Below are positions 11,751 to 23,354 of a stretch of DNA of 64,000 bases, one piece after another. The DNA is from Lama glama. Taxonomy: Eukaryota. Made by a program: the position numbers and the translations under genes. The stretch lies in NCBI GenBank assembly GCA_028534125.1, contig CM052817.1:45758001-45822000 (forward strand). The letters run 5' to 3'. A model generated the notes under the pieces. That model made no database searches, was not told the DNA's origin, and saw only the letters and a program-made list of their open reading frames with translations. Positions within the stretch are counted from its first letter, which is position 1. Each line of letters begins with the position of its first letter.

Positions 11751-14700
11751 TTGCAACATGGCCTCAGTAAATGTATCTGATAACCATAGGGAGTTTCCAC
11801 CTTCTCAGGTCAGATTTCATCCAAAGGAGGTGTCACTCTGTGAACAGACTTCAGGGGAACAGAAGGTAGCCAGGCTTAAGGGATGCAAGCCTCCACTCTC
11901 AGCCAACCACAGACAACTTTGCTGTTCCTGTAAATGTGTGTCCACTTTGGGTCTATTTTTAGTATGTTTATGATAAGATTTATGATAAGACTTGGTATGC
12001 TTATGAAAAGGCCCTGACATATATTAGGACTAATAGCTGTAAATGTGTAGGGTGGGGTCTTCCTTCCAGGATAAGGACATTCTAGGTGTTAGTCACCTGG
12101 GAGAAGAGCTATCTGACAGGCCCAGGACACAAATAGGCTCTCTAGCTGGGTAGCAGACTGGAATCCAGCTCTGCTGGTCTTGATCACCAAGGGGCCAAGA
12201 AGTCAGCCTGGGTTGTGGGGTGGAATGCAGCACTGTCCTGGGGTATGGGGGTGGGGAGACCAGGGGCAGACAGGGCAGAATCAGGGCAGGAAAAAACGAA
12301 TCAAGGAGTTTGTGCCTCTCTTACTTATGCTATTTCCCCTTTGAACTCCTTGAATGTTTGGAAAAGGCTTTTGGAAGGTTCCAGTATATCTCAGATATCT
12401 CAGTTGAGGGAATTTTTAAACACAGTGGGCCACAGAGCACTGGAGGGCAGCAATGATGGTGGCGGGGATGAAGGAATCGAATCCAGAGAGGAGAGGGAGT
12501 GGGATGAAGATGGAAACTTTCAGTTGTCTGCCATCCTCCCTCCCTTCTTGGTTCTGCTGCCAAACTTGGAGGTTCTGGCTTGTATTTTAATGTAGAGGCA
12601 GCCCTCCTGTATGCCTAGAGGACTGGCCTTCGAGGTGTTTGGGAATGGTTTGCAAAATTGCCACTCTTCTTTTCTGCCACAATAGACTTTGAGAGAATTG
12701 AAGACAATTCAAGGTGGTTCTCTTCCTTCTTTTTCAAATACAAGTGAAGATGTGTAGAGATTTACTTTTGCTGTGTTGTTGACAGTGCACACATATGTAC
12801 AAGTGTCTATTATAGAAACTGAAGGAAATGCCATGTATATGTATTGAGTAGATTTATTAAGCTAAAAATAAAAAGTCCCCTGCAAAGTCCCCATTCCTGG
12901 CTCAAGAAAGTATCACCTTAGGAGTTTTACAGAAAATTTCCTGTAGCCTCTAAACCTGGAAGGGTAAAAAAGAAAAAAAATTTGCCAAGAGAGTTTCAGG
13001 AGTTCCAGTGAAACATGCATGCCACTTTCATTCCAAGAACCCTCACACCTCTCTCCTTTACCAATTTTTTCTGGAAAAGTCATGTTTTATTTCTGAAAAC
13101 ACCATACTTTAGGATGTAATGAACCTCCTAATATATTTATGTCTGTTTTAATATTATTTTCCTGATAACTTATTGCAAATTCCTCTAACATCACACTGAC
13201 CCCCAAAGAGATTCCTTCAGAGGCATAAACTCAGAGAAAAGGATGAAGCTTCTTCCTTCTCTGTTTGGAAGATGTACTCAGAAACATAAATGTGTCTTCC
13301 GGTGTCAGGGAAGCCCCAGAACTAGAAGGCTGTGATACTTGGCTCTGACCTTGACACACGTGTGCAGAGATGAGAGTGAGGCTGTTCAGCCAGTAGCTCC
13401 CGGAGCTCCAAGCCTCCTCACTCTGGACTCGAACAAGATCAAGATTCCTGCCACAGAAATAGCTGAGCTAAACTCTAAAACTGGCCAAGAAAAAAAAAAA
13501 TCTTGCATTCCTTAGGGGGGAAAATGCTACATTACACTGCCTCGTAGGGTTAATCCTGGTTTTGCCAACTGCCAGAGTTGTTAAAAAATTTTTTATAAAT
13601 AATTAAATAAATATTAGCCAACTAAATGAAATTAGCCACTTAATAAAATTAGCCAACAAATCTACCTACCAGTTCGACTCGTTCACTGAAGGTTTTTCTG
13701 AGCCTTGAGCCTCATGAAAGGATTTCTAGGGAGGAGAAAGTAAGGCACCTTTCATGTCTTTTCATAAACCTCTCTGGGCAATCCTCGGGCTCGGGTCTGC
13801 CACACTCGCCTGGATCCAGGCGCTCCCAGCCTGGCCCAAGGCTGCTCAGCCAAAGCCATCAGAGACAAGACCTTTCTGGGAACCGTTTGCAGACGTGCCT
13901 GCAAACTGCGCAGACACCAAAGAAACAAGGAAGATTTCTCTGGCCTTCAGCAAGTACAGGAAAAAGGCTCTCTATAGCCTCAAGTTGGGAAACTTTCCGT
14001 CGAAACTACATTATCCTTTGTGAGTTGCCGAGAAACCTCTAGCTTCTTTTCAAGGGATCGTAACGACTTGTGTCCACAATTATAGGAACCCAAGCAAATC
14101 AGAAGGAAAAAAATACATACATTGACTAGAAGCATAAGTTACATGGCTTGTGCGCGGCTTTGAAACATTCTTATCTAAACATGCCAGTGTCTACGCAATC
14201 GCGCTGCTTTTACCCCGGTGCCTCATTTGTAGTCACTTGTCCCTTGTTGGGCTGCATTTTTTTTTTTGGAAAAACTAAGCACCTTAACTCCAGTCTCAAA
14301 GCGCTCCTCTGCATCTCTCCTGGCGCCCCGCAAGCAGAGCCCAGTCCTCCGGCTGCTCTCTTCCCAGCCCCCTGCTAGAGGCCGCCGCGGTCCGTGGTCC
14401 AGGCACCCGCGGTGAGCGCGTGGGGAAGCCGTCCCCGGGGTATGTGTAGGTAAGGGGAATGGGTGGAACCTGGAGGATGCTAGTTTTAGCCAAGTTAACA
14501 GTGCCTGTCAGGGCACGCACTTCGGGTAGCCTCTGGGCCACAGGGTAGAATTGCAACCCCCCAGCGATGATCGCAAGTTTGAACAGAGTCGAAGCAGCTT
14601 CACTGGGACTGTTAGGGCCGCATCATCGGCAAGCATACTAGGCAGGGACGCCGGAGACAGAGACCACCAAGTCTCGGGGAACGCATACCAGCCCCGAGGA

Positions 14701-15169
14701 GCACGCAGCCACCGCTTAAAGATTTCCCAGATGCGATCCCCTGCTCCTCTCTCTGTCTCATCCCTCCCTGGACCCAACCTCGTCAAGAAGTCTGATGCTT
14801 AGACCCAACTCTGGGAGGTGTGCTCCAAGACCCGAGAAGCCTCGAGTCGCAGTAAGTGTCGCCCACCTGGGGTTCGAACGTGTCGCGCAGCCACCTGTTC
14901 CATAAAGCCCGGAGTTTGTGCGGACGGGGGCTGCGGCAGGAAGAACCCTGTCATCCGTTCGGTCCGGCTCGGCCCATGATCTCCAAAGGCGCACATCACC
15001 CCAATTCCAAGTGCGCACATACCTTTGCGCAACCCCGGAGGCTCACACCACTCCCACCACCTGCGCGGCGACTTACTTCCCGGCCTCCCCGCTTCAGCCC
15101 CTTCCCCAGCACTGGCCGCAGGGCCCATACAGCGCCCGGCCCCTCCGGCAGGACGGTGCCCCAAAATAC

Positions 15170-15212
15170 CTGCCGTGAAGATGCAGAGAGCGAAGAGAGT
15201 CTTGCAGACCAT
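15170..15212 (-). CDS. PARM1: PARM1 (prostate androgen-regulated mucin-like protein 1) first coding exon, start of signal peptide, 43 nt, phase-1 intron follows
   Basis: Translation MVCKTLFALCIFTAG matches the remembered human PARM1 N-terminus MVYKTLFALCILTAG. Strong Kozak context ACCATGG. Donor GCAG|GTATTT at 15170/15169. Lies in a CpG island. Confidence 0.93.
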
Positions 15213-15440
15213 GGTACCTTGGTGCTTGGTGCCGAGCCCGGCGCGGGCGTTGGGAGAGTTTGCCGGGACTGACCGAGCGCACCGGGAGCGGGTGGCTCCT
15301 CGTCTGCCCGGCTGGCTGCGATGGGAGGCGGGCGGTCCGGGCGGCTCGGGTGGCGCGAGGGGAAGCGAGGCGAGCGCCGCGCGGCTCCGTCAGCTGCTTG
15401 TCCTCCGGCGCCCGGCGCGCTTCTGCTCCATCCCCGACGC
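15213..15440 (-). other. PARM1: Probable PARM1 5' UTR (TSS position uncertain)
   Basis: GC-rich sequence directly upstream of the ATG. The upstream boundary is inferred, not observed. Confidence 0.55.
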
Positions 15441-16009
15441 CCGAGCCCGGGGCCGCCTCCGCCGCCGCGCCGGCAGCCGCCAAACCCCTCCCACCCGGGC
15501 CCCGCGGCGAGGACAAGGCCACCCCTGGCCTTTCCTCTCCCAGCTCTCGGGTCCCGGGAGTCCCGGCCCAGGGCGGCCTCTACTGGACAGTCAGGGCGCG
15601 AGACCCACGTTCTGACGGGGTTCGGCAAATGTTTGGGGCCGCTAGCACTGTGCGGGCGGCTAAGGGGATGCAAAGAAGTGCCAGCAGATCTCTGCTCCCA
15701 GGAATTTATCTCCGCTTTTCTTACATGAATTATTATCCTTTAAACACGTGTCATCTTAGGTGATGACAACAATATGCCATCTTAGGTGTCGCCTCGAAGA
15801 ACCAAGACTCCACCACTGTAAGAGAACATACACATTTCTTTCCAAGTATGAGAACGGTTTCCTTTTCCTTCATTTCTCCAAATGTTCCTACGTGTACATT
15901 AGAACCTCACACATACTCAACCCCACTGCATTTCCTGGTGCCTGAGCCTGGATGTCTGCTATCACATTCAGCTTCTTACTTGAAGAAATCGTACTGATGT
16001 CAGGTAACA

Positions 16010-16410
16010 GTGATCATAGGATAATTATGAACCAGGCACCCTACTTGGTGTTGTATGGTGATGTCTTCTAACGACCCTATGACATAAGAATTATTATTCC
16101 ATTTTACAGATGAGAGAACTAAGGCAAAGAGAAGATAAGTAATGTGCTCAAGATCACATAGCTGGATCCCAGAATTGAAGGCCATAATAGCAAAGGCTGA
16201 GAATTGCTGTGTGTTGGATAACTGTGTTATGCAGGTGTTAACCAAGTCAGGTTATCAGAACAATCATTTGGAGTGGGCACTATTATAGTTTCATTGTCGG
16301 GAGAGAAAATGAAAGCATCAAGAGATTTGAATACTTGCTCAAGCTCAACCATTACTAGCTAATGGTAGAGGTAAGATGCCTGCCTAGGGACCATGGATCA
16401 TCCCTGTACT
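16010..16410 (-). mobile_element. Two adjacent MIR fragments
   Basis: attattcccattttacagatgagagaactaaggc and gagagaaaatgaaagcatcaagagatttgaatacttgctcaag. Confidence 0.65.
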
Positions 16411-17499
16411 ATACTCCCTCTTCAAAGCTCTGTGTGTTCACACAGATCAAAGCTGACTTTCACTTAATCCTCCTCATCACTTTAGACTTGCTTACTTCCA
16501 CACCTCTATCGGGCCAGATGCCAGATCATGTCCCAATATCTATGTTATTACGAGCCTGATAGTCCCCTAGTCACTAGAGCTGGGGTGCCACAGGAATTAA
16601 GGAGTCTTCCTAAAGAACTGATTTGCTCAGGTCCATTCAAAGCTGGAGAACACCTTTCTTCTTCTGTGACTTCTTTCTCATATACCAGCCAGAGTCTCTG
16701 GTTTTATCTTCTCCCTCTTTTGGGTCTCATGACTTTCTCTGTGATGACATCAGTTCCTCTGCCTGACCCCACCGTTACCACTTGCAGAGCTTATCATGCT
16801 TTTACAACCAGATTCAACCGAGCTCATAGTTTTTCTTTTGTCTTGGTAAATGTGTTATTGATTCTCATTGAAATAAGAAGTAGAAGACACTATTACCAAA
16901 TGCCCATCCCCCTTTCCTCCTCCCTGGCCAGGAAAAGCTGCAAATTCAATTTATTAAACAAGTTCTCTTAATGCTTTTGACCTTCGGGTCCTTCCTAGTT
17001 CTAGTGTATTCTATGTGATTGTGAGGAATTTCTGCCTCTGGATGGTGGCTGTTGGGGGCGTGGGGGTGGGGAGGAGCAGGGACCACACACAGGTGGAATT
17101 TTGCAGGCATGTTCTAGAAGGTACTAACGCTATTAGATTAGCGCATTTTAAGTAAGTAACTCTATGACAGAAATAAAAGTTTTCCACTTCACAGAAAAAT
17201 TATTCAATTGAAATTCAACAAAACTTTACTGATGTCCCTCACTAGTGCAAAGCAGGTGTGACTGTCTTTGATATCTATCATGATGGTTTGGTAGCTAAAG
17301 AATGGTGAGCCCCACATATGAATCAGTTAACATTTCCAAAGCTTTTAATTGTACACAGAATAGAATTGAAAAGAATTTCTTTAACTAAAATAATTCATTT
17401 TTATTAATGATGAAAACTTTTGATTTATTAATTTAGTGAAAACATAATCACTTACCAGGTACCAGACCTTATGCTAGGCTGTGGAAATAGAATGGGTTG

Positions 17500-17830
17500 T
17501 GATAGTCAAAGTAGGTGGGTTATGCTGCTGTAATAAACCACCCCAAAGTCTCAGAGGCTTAAGCAATAATGGTCTATTTATTACTCATCATCGTCTTCTG
17601 TGGATCCAGGTTACTCCCCAGAGTAGATCTCCTATACATCAGGACTCAGTGTTATATTCCATATCGAAACCTGCTTCTACACTCACTGAAATGGGGGGAG
17701 AGAGAGGAGGAGAGTTAAGTGCAGCATTTAAGTCTTCCACCTGGAAGTGACAATTTTGCTCATATTTTATTGGTGAAAGCAAGTCAATGGCTATGCTGAA
17801 ACTTCAGAAAACAAGAAGACACATTCTTTG
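17500..17830 (-). mobile_element. Old ERVL-MaLR LTR (MLT1I/J-like)
   Basis: ggttatgctgctgtaataaaccaccccaaagtctcagaggcttaagc...gctcatattttattggtgaaagcaagtc. Confidence 0.65.
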
Positions 17831-18059
17831 TCACTGTGACGTATGCCACAGTGGTTCATTCTGCTGCCATCAGGAAGTTTATATTCTAGTAGTGAGGAGT
17901 CAAACTTTGAACGATCACAAAAGAATATGCAATAATTTATTATGTTAAACTGGTGGGGGATGGGAGAAATGAGTAAATTTTTGTAGTTGTTGCTTGTTGA
18001 AATAAACTGAATAAAAAGAGCTAAAAATATATGCAATACTTTATTATGTTAAACGCTAT

Positions 18060-18195
18060 AATAATAATACCTACTAACATTTATTGAGCTTCTGTTATGT
18101 GTTAGGAATTATTTCAAGCATTTTGTGTAGTCTGTTTAAACTTTACACTCTATAAGTTTACCTCAATTTTACAAATAAAGAAACTGAGAGACACT
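18060..18195 (-). mobile_element. MIR fragment
   Basis: ctaacatttattgagcttctgttatgtg...caattttacaaataaagaaactgag. Confidence 0.6.
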
Positions 18196-18639
18196 TAACG
18201 AAATTTTAAGTATGAAGGAAACCGAAAGGTGATAAGATATAGCAGGGGAACTCACACTCCTCAGTGGGGTCAGGGATGAAATTTGCATGTAACCCTTAAG
18301 CAAACCGTTAAGACCCTTTAATGTCTTATAGCAAAAGCCAGTTTCTTCACAGAATTCTTAGTTCTTTCACAATGCTCCACTGGGATAAAATCTAAGCTAA
18401 ATCTGCCTTTTACTGACTTCCACTCTTTTCTGATCACTGTTAAAATGAATTTCTAGGGTTATAGACTGTCGACATTGTTTAAAAATTGCCCTTGGTTGAC
18501 TTAGTTTTTGAAAAACTGAATTAATTATAACTTATAAAGTCAGATAATATATGTTAGATAATATGGAAGTGTTAGCTCTGGACTCTGATTCATCATGGCC
18601 TAGAAGAGACAGAATAACTCAGTTGAGAGCCCTGGGTGA

Positions 18640-18860
18640 AGCAGTACATTCAGTGGCTAAAGGCTGAATTCTGATGTCTATACCATGGTCCCTGAAGGTT
18701 GGACTCTAATTCTCTCTCCATCATGGACTAACGACTAACTGACTAATTACTTGGCATCTCTATGCCTCAGTTTCCTCCTGGCATCATTGGGAAGGTTAGA
18801 TGAATTACATACATGAAAGGCTTGGCATATTCTAAGTGCCCATAAATGTTAGGTGTTATT
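18640..18860 (+). mobile_element. MIR fragment
   Basis: tctctatgcctcagtttcctc...ggcatattctaagtgcccataaatgttag. Confidence 0.6.
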
Positions 18861-19534
18861 AGAGGAGAATCTTTGACGTACATTTAAAAATTATTTTGAA
18901 ATCTAAAGTACAAGGAGAAACATTAATGCCTGCTGCAGTTATTTCTTCACACACATGGTTATGTGATTTGGACTCTGCCCCTGGGTACTTCCACTCCCAT
19001 TACATCTGAGCTGCAGGGGAAAGTTCTAAACTGTCTCTGACAGCTCCTTCCCCACCTCCCTCTTTCCCAAGGGCAAGAATGCAGCAGCCTCAAGATCCTG
19101 ATATATTTTGCCTTGTTTTCATTTCTCTTCCCAAGCTGCACTGCAAAAATGTCTCCGTGGGTTCTGCTGTTTGCTTCCTCACATCACTTTTGGTCTCTCT
19201 TCTTAACTCTAATTTCCTTTTTAAAATATTTTTTTAATATTAATGGTAAAAAAGATTAAAGGCAACTATGTAATGTGGGAAAAAGAGTAACTTTGGAACT
19301 TTGCCAAGAAATATTTGCATGAACAAAGGCAGTTTTACAAGGGCATGATGAAACATGATTGTTTCCCTGATTTAAATAAACTTGTTTGAAGCTGTGTGAG
19401 CTCTTTGAGGACACTAAACCACATGTCACTAATTTTTATTTTAATTAAGGAGGAAGCCCTTAAAAGACTTCAGGAAGGAAGAAACTGGCCTCTTGGAGGT
19501 GATGCACTTAATAAAGCTTCTTATTTAAACAAGT

Positions 19535-19820
19535 CTAAAACTCCAGAAGTCATATTTTTAAAAATGGAGAAAGAAACAGGAGAAATTAATTTTAATGCTG
19601 TACTTTGTTTAACTTGATATACCTAAAATATTTATCATTTCAACATGTAATGAACAGCAAAATATTCATAGGATATTTTACATTCTTTATCTTATTCTAA
19701 GCCTTCAAAATCCAGTGTTGATTCTATACTTATATAATGTCTCAATTCAGACTAAGCACATTATGAATACTCAATAACCAAGCATGGCCAGCAGCTATTG
19801 TAATGATCAGTGCAGCTACA
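19535..19820. mobile_element. MER33-like hAT-Charlie MITE fragment
   Basis: aaagaaacaggagaaattaattttaat...catttcaacatgtaat...tcaattcagactaagcacatt. Confidence 0.7.
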
Positions 19821-19899
19821 GAGCACTGGGCTCAGTCTCTTGCTTCATGGATGTGTTCTATAAAAGTACAGAGCAAATGCTGGTGGGATTTTCTTAACT

Positions 19900-20115
19900 G
19901 ACAGTGGGGTAGTTGGAAACCTAAGACTTGCTAACTGCATGTTCTCTAACCCTCATTAACCTCTCTAACTCTCAGTTTCTCTTTCTATGAAATGAAGAAG
20001 ATGGTAATAATAATGGCCCTCTACTTCAAAGGATTATTGTAAGGATTAAATGCATGGAAAACATTTAGAACAGACCCTAGACAGAGCAGAGTCTTAATAA
20101 ATATTTCCTATTATA
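19900..20115 (+). mobile_element. MIR SINE
   Basis: aacctctctaactctcagtttctctttctatgaaatg...ggattattgtaaggattaaatg. Confidence 0.7.
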
Positions 20116-20264
20116 TTTGGCAGGAATGGTTATGACGATGATAAAAAATGAGTATCAATAGTAAAATCTTCCCAATTGTCAGTGTAGTGTTAGAGACTCC
20201 TTACCACTCAGAGGCATTGACAATGTTGCTTGTCCCTGGAAGTCTACTTATGCATAGTTTAGAG

Positions 20265-21362
20265 CAGCATTTATCAAACATTTTGGTCCCAGGGCTCCTT
20301 TACCCTCCTAAAAGTAAGAACTCTAAAAACCATTTGTTTATGTGGAAGGAACACTTTAAGGGCCCTTTCAGATAATTGTGGGTTTTGTTCTTTAATGTTT
20401 CACCTAAACTCAATAAACAGTAGTTTCTCAAAGTTAGCAGCAAAGTGGAATCTGAAAGCATCTCAGTAAGATTTTCATATTCTTTTCTATTCAAATTAAT
20501 TGGTCTATCTTGCACTTTGAATGTGTCTCTTACTCACATGTATTTTGTAACATCGTGCATTGGTCTTATAGAAAATATTGGTTCACTGACTTATGAAGAT
20601 CTTCCAAATTTTAGCATATTTCATTATACAATATCAAAAATAACATCTTCACTTACATCATCAGAGAAATCTTTAAATATTGCTAAACTGTCAAGTCAAT
20701 AATGGAGGATACAAGTTTGACAAAATTTTAATTTTCACTTGAAAGCTTGACTCTTATTATTGACACCAGATACTGTTGTTTTCCTTGAAGTGACAGTCTA
20801 ACTTCATGGAAAAAAATGTCTTACAAATATCCAAGTCAGAATAACCATAGTTTGTCTGTTAGTTTTTCTTTAAACTATAAATTGTGTTCCATGAAAAAAG
20901 TGGTTGTTTCAGCTTGTGACTCAAATAATTACATAAGTGCATTTCCTTGAGACAATCACCTCCCTTTGGCAGGCAGCAAACGTGATTTATGTTTTTTTCC
21001 CTTTATTTACATAAAATATATAAAACATGCATATTCAAGATCAAGATTTATTAAAATTAATAATTTTTACTCTTCTTTAAGGAAATTCTTAAGTGAAACT
21101 TACTTTTTCCCCCTTTAAACTGGGCAGCATGGTGTTGAGGAATACAATGAGTACTAGTAGAATTTGGTGCCAATTCTTCATTAATGCTGAGGCACCAGAA
21201 ATTTTCCCACAATTGCTTTTGCATCATCAATGCAAAAGTTAAAAAAAAGGCCAAAAATGTAAAAATGTTAAAATGTAACTTGTATTTGAGTTTTGATTTT
21301 GTGGACCTCAAAGGATCTTGGGAACTCCTAAGAGTCTGTGGACCACACTTGGAGAATTGCTG
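20265..21362. mobile_element. hAT-Charlie family DNA transposon (internally deleted)
   Basis: Imperfect TIRs CAGCATTTATCAAA / TTGGAGAATTGCTG. Flanking 8-mers GTTTAGAG (20257-64) and GTTTAGCA (21363-70) resemble a hAT TSD. Confidence 0.7.
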
Positions 21363-21499
21363 GTTTAGCAAAACATCTTAGAAGACTGCTAAGAACATCG
21401 ATGATTTTAACTTCCCAGAGCAGTCCTTTCTTCAGAGAAATGCTCTTTTCCCTTCTCGAATCAAGAGGTTCCAGTGGGGGTTGCATCTTCTCGTGGAGC

Positions 21500-21869
21500 C
21501 TGCCTCTTTTGCTGCAGAGATCTACTCAGTGCACTTTCCCAGGATTTTCAAACTTGGGACCAGAAAATATCACTCATAATTGCTCTCTGAAATGAAGTTA
21601 TGGAGTTCCAGTACTCTGGTGGACCACTCCAGCATGTGGAAGAAACTGGTCTGAATTAGGATATAGCAACCTGATTCTCAAAGAAAAGTAGAAATGGAAG
21701 AAAAGAAGCCTGGTGATATTTTAGTCCCTAGTCACACTTGTCTCTGAGGTGTATCTGTATCCTTGTCCTTCCTCCCACTCTGTGAGCTTTTTGATAAACT
21801 TCCCCTTTTTGTCAAGCTAGTTCAAACTGGGTTTCTGCCTTCTGCAACCAAAAGCAATTGACTAATGCA
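21500..21869 (+). mobile_element. Old ERVL-MaLR LTR (MLT1J-like), 3' part
   Basis: ataaacttccccttttt gtcaagctagttcaaactgggtttctgccttctgcaaccaaaagcaattgactaatgca, an MLT1 terminus. Confidence 0.65.
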
Positions 21870-23354
21870 GAGGTCAGCAGAATTTTATTTCTAGAGCCAT
21901 TCAGTGTTCAATAATAGTGACTGAAGACAGATTTTCCTAGCCAGAAAAATTTAATTATCAGCTCTGAACTAAAAATAATTATAATAAAACCATACCATTG
22001 CTATGTTGTTGAACTGATGTGTGGTACAATAAGTAAGGGTTCAGCATGTATTTCTGAAAAATTCATGTAACTGAAAATGGTTAAGCCCATGAAAGCAAGC
22101 GAACCACATCATTCACACTAAATGTTTAATAGTTTAATAATGATAAATTCCAATAACTTCCACAAATAATTGTAATGAAAAATACAGTCAATAACCTGAG
22201 CTTTAAATTCTTACATTTTCACAATATTTATAAATTTGTCCAACTAGGCTTTTTTTTTTCTGCTCTACACATATTTTTTACCACCATCAATTGTAAAACA
22301 TCTTAGTAGATTCTGCCTTATGTTGTACTGCATTCATGTTTCCTTAGGTTCCTTGAAAATATTCTTGACTCTAGTTTTACTCTGACTATTCATAGAGGTG
22401 AAATTTTCAGTCATTTCAAATTTGGTATTGAATCCTCAAATAACCACATATGAACCAGTATTGATAACATCTGTTGACTCATCAAGAGCTAAGGAAAACC
22501 ATTAGAAATTTTTGTTGCTGTTTTTAAGTTGACTATTGATGCTGCTTCTAATTTCCTCAACTCTTTGAGCACGTGGTCTCACAGAAAGCTTAATGGTCCA
22601 AACAAGTTCATTTTCCATGGAAACCATTTTGCTTTTGGCTGCTGCATTCAAATTCAATGTAATTAACTCACAATTGGTAAATAATTTCTCTTGCTTTACT
22701 AATGAATGAGTCATTGTGAAGGTTACTTTGGTTGCAGCTTCATATTGATTTTTAATTTTCATGGAAAAATTCTGATCTAATGAGATATTTGTTTTAAATT
22801 TTCTATTTTTTCTGACTGTTTTGGAATATTGTGCGTTGGCAAGAGTGTGATAATTATTTAATTTGATGATATTGACATATAATATACTTTTTTAGCACAG
22901 CAATAGCATAATTCACATCCATTGTGTCTTAAAAGTGTGATACTTGGAGTCTGCTTTTCATTTTTATTTTTGTTTCTTTGGACATGATGGGTACACACCC
23001 ACACCAATATATGTGACACTAGGTATGCTGCAAAGCTATGACTGCATCACTATTATTTATAGTGCACTGAGCAGCAGTGTGAAGCCATAAGAGTGCCACA
23101 TGCAGCTTCTATCACAGCTAGTCAACACTGCACCACTGCTGTAGTGTGGAAGTAGCTGTAGGCAATGTGTAAACAAATAAATGTATTTTGTAGCTGTGTT
23201 CCAGTGAAACTTTAGTTATAGACTCTGAAATTTGAATTTCATATAATTTTCATGTGTTAAGAAATATTCTTCTTTTGAATTTTTTCAAACTTTCTGAGCT
23301 CACAGGCAGTACAAAAACAGATTTGACTTCTTGACTATAGTTTGTCAATCCTTG
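21868..23354 (-). mobile_element. Cheshire/Charlie (hAT) transposon remnant with decayed transposase
   Basis: Minus-strand frame ...RVEEIRSSINSQLKN..F*WFSLALDESTDV (22470-22570) is a Charlie/GTF2IRD2-type transposase motif. MER58-like ends cagaggtcagca / tagtttgtcaatccttg, followed by ctctagag. Confidence 0.8.

Larger units (their letters stand above)
1..15169 (-). other. PARM1: PARM1 intron 1 (5' part; continues beyond the window start)
   Basis: Begins with a GT donor at 15169. No Ser/Thr-rich mucin-like exon 2 ORF is visible in 1-15169. Repeat-rich. Confidence 0.85.
14140..15670. promoter_or_regulatory. CpG island / TATA-less GC-rich promoter of PARM1
   Basis: Dense CpG and high GC against an AT-rich, CpG-depleted background. 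GGGCGG boxes (e.g. 15571). Overlaps the first exon. Confidence 0.9.

Noticed and set aside
14296..15763. Many overlapping 80-225 aa ORFs on both strands
   Set aside because: Expected from stop-codon scarcity in a CpG island; Pro/Arg/Gly/Ala-rich with no recognisable homology except the PARM1 N-terminus
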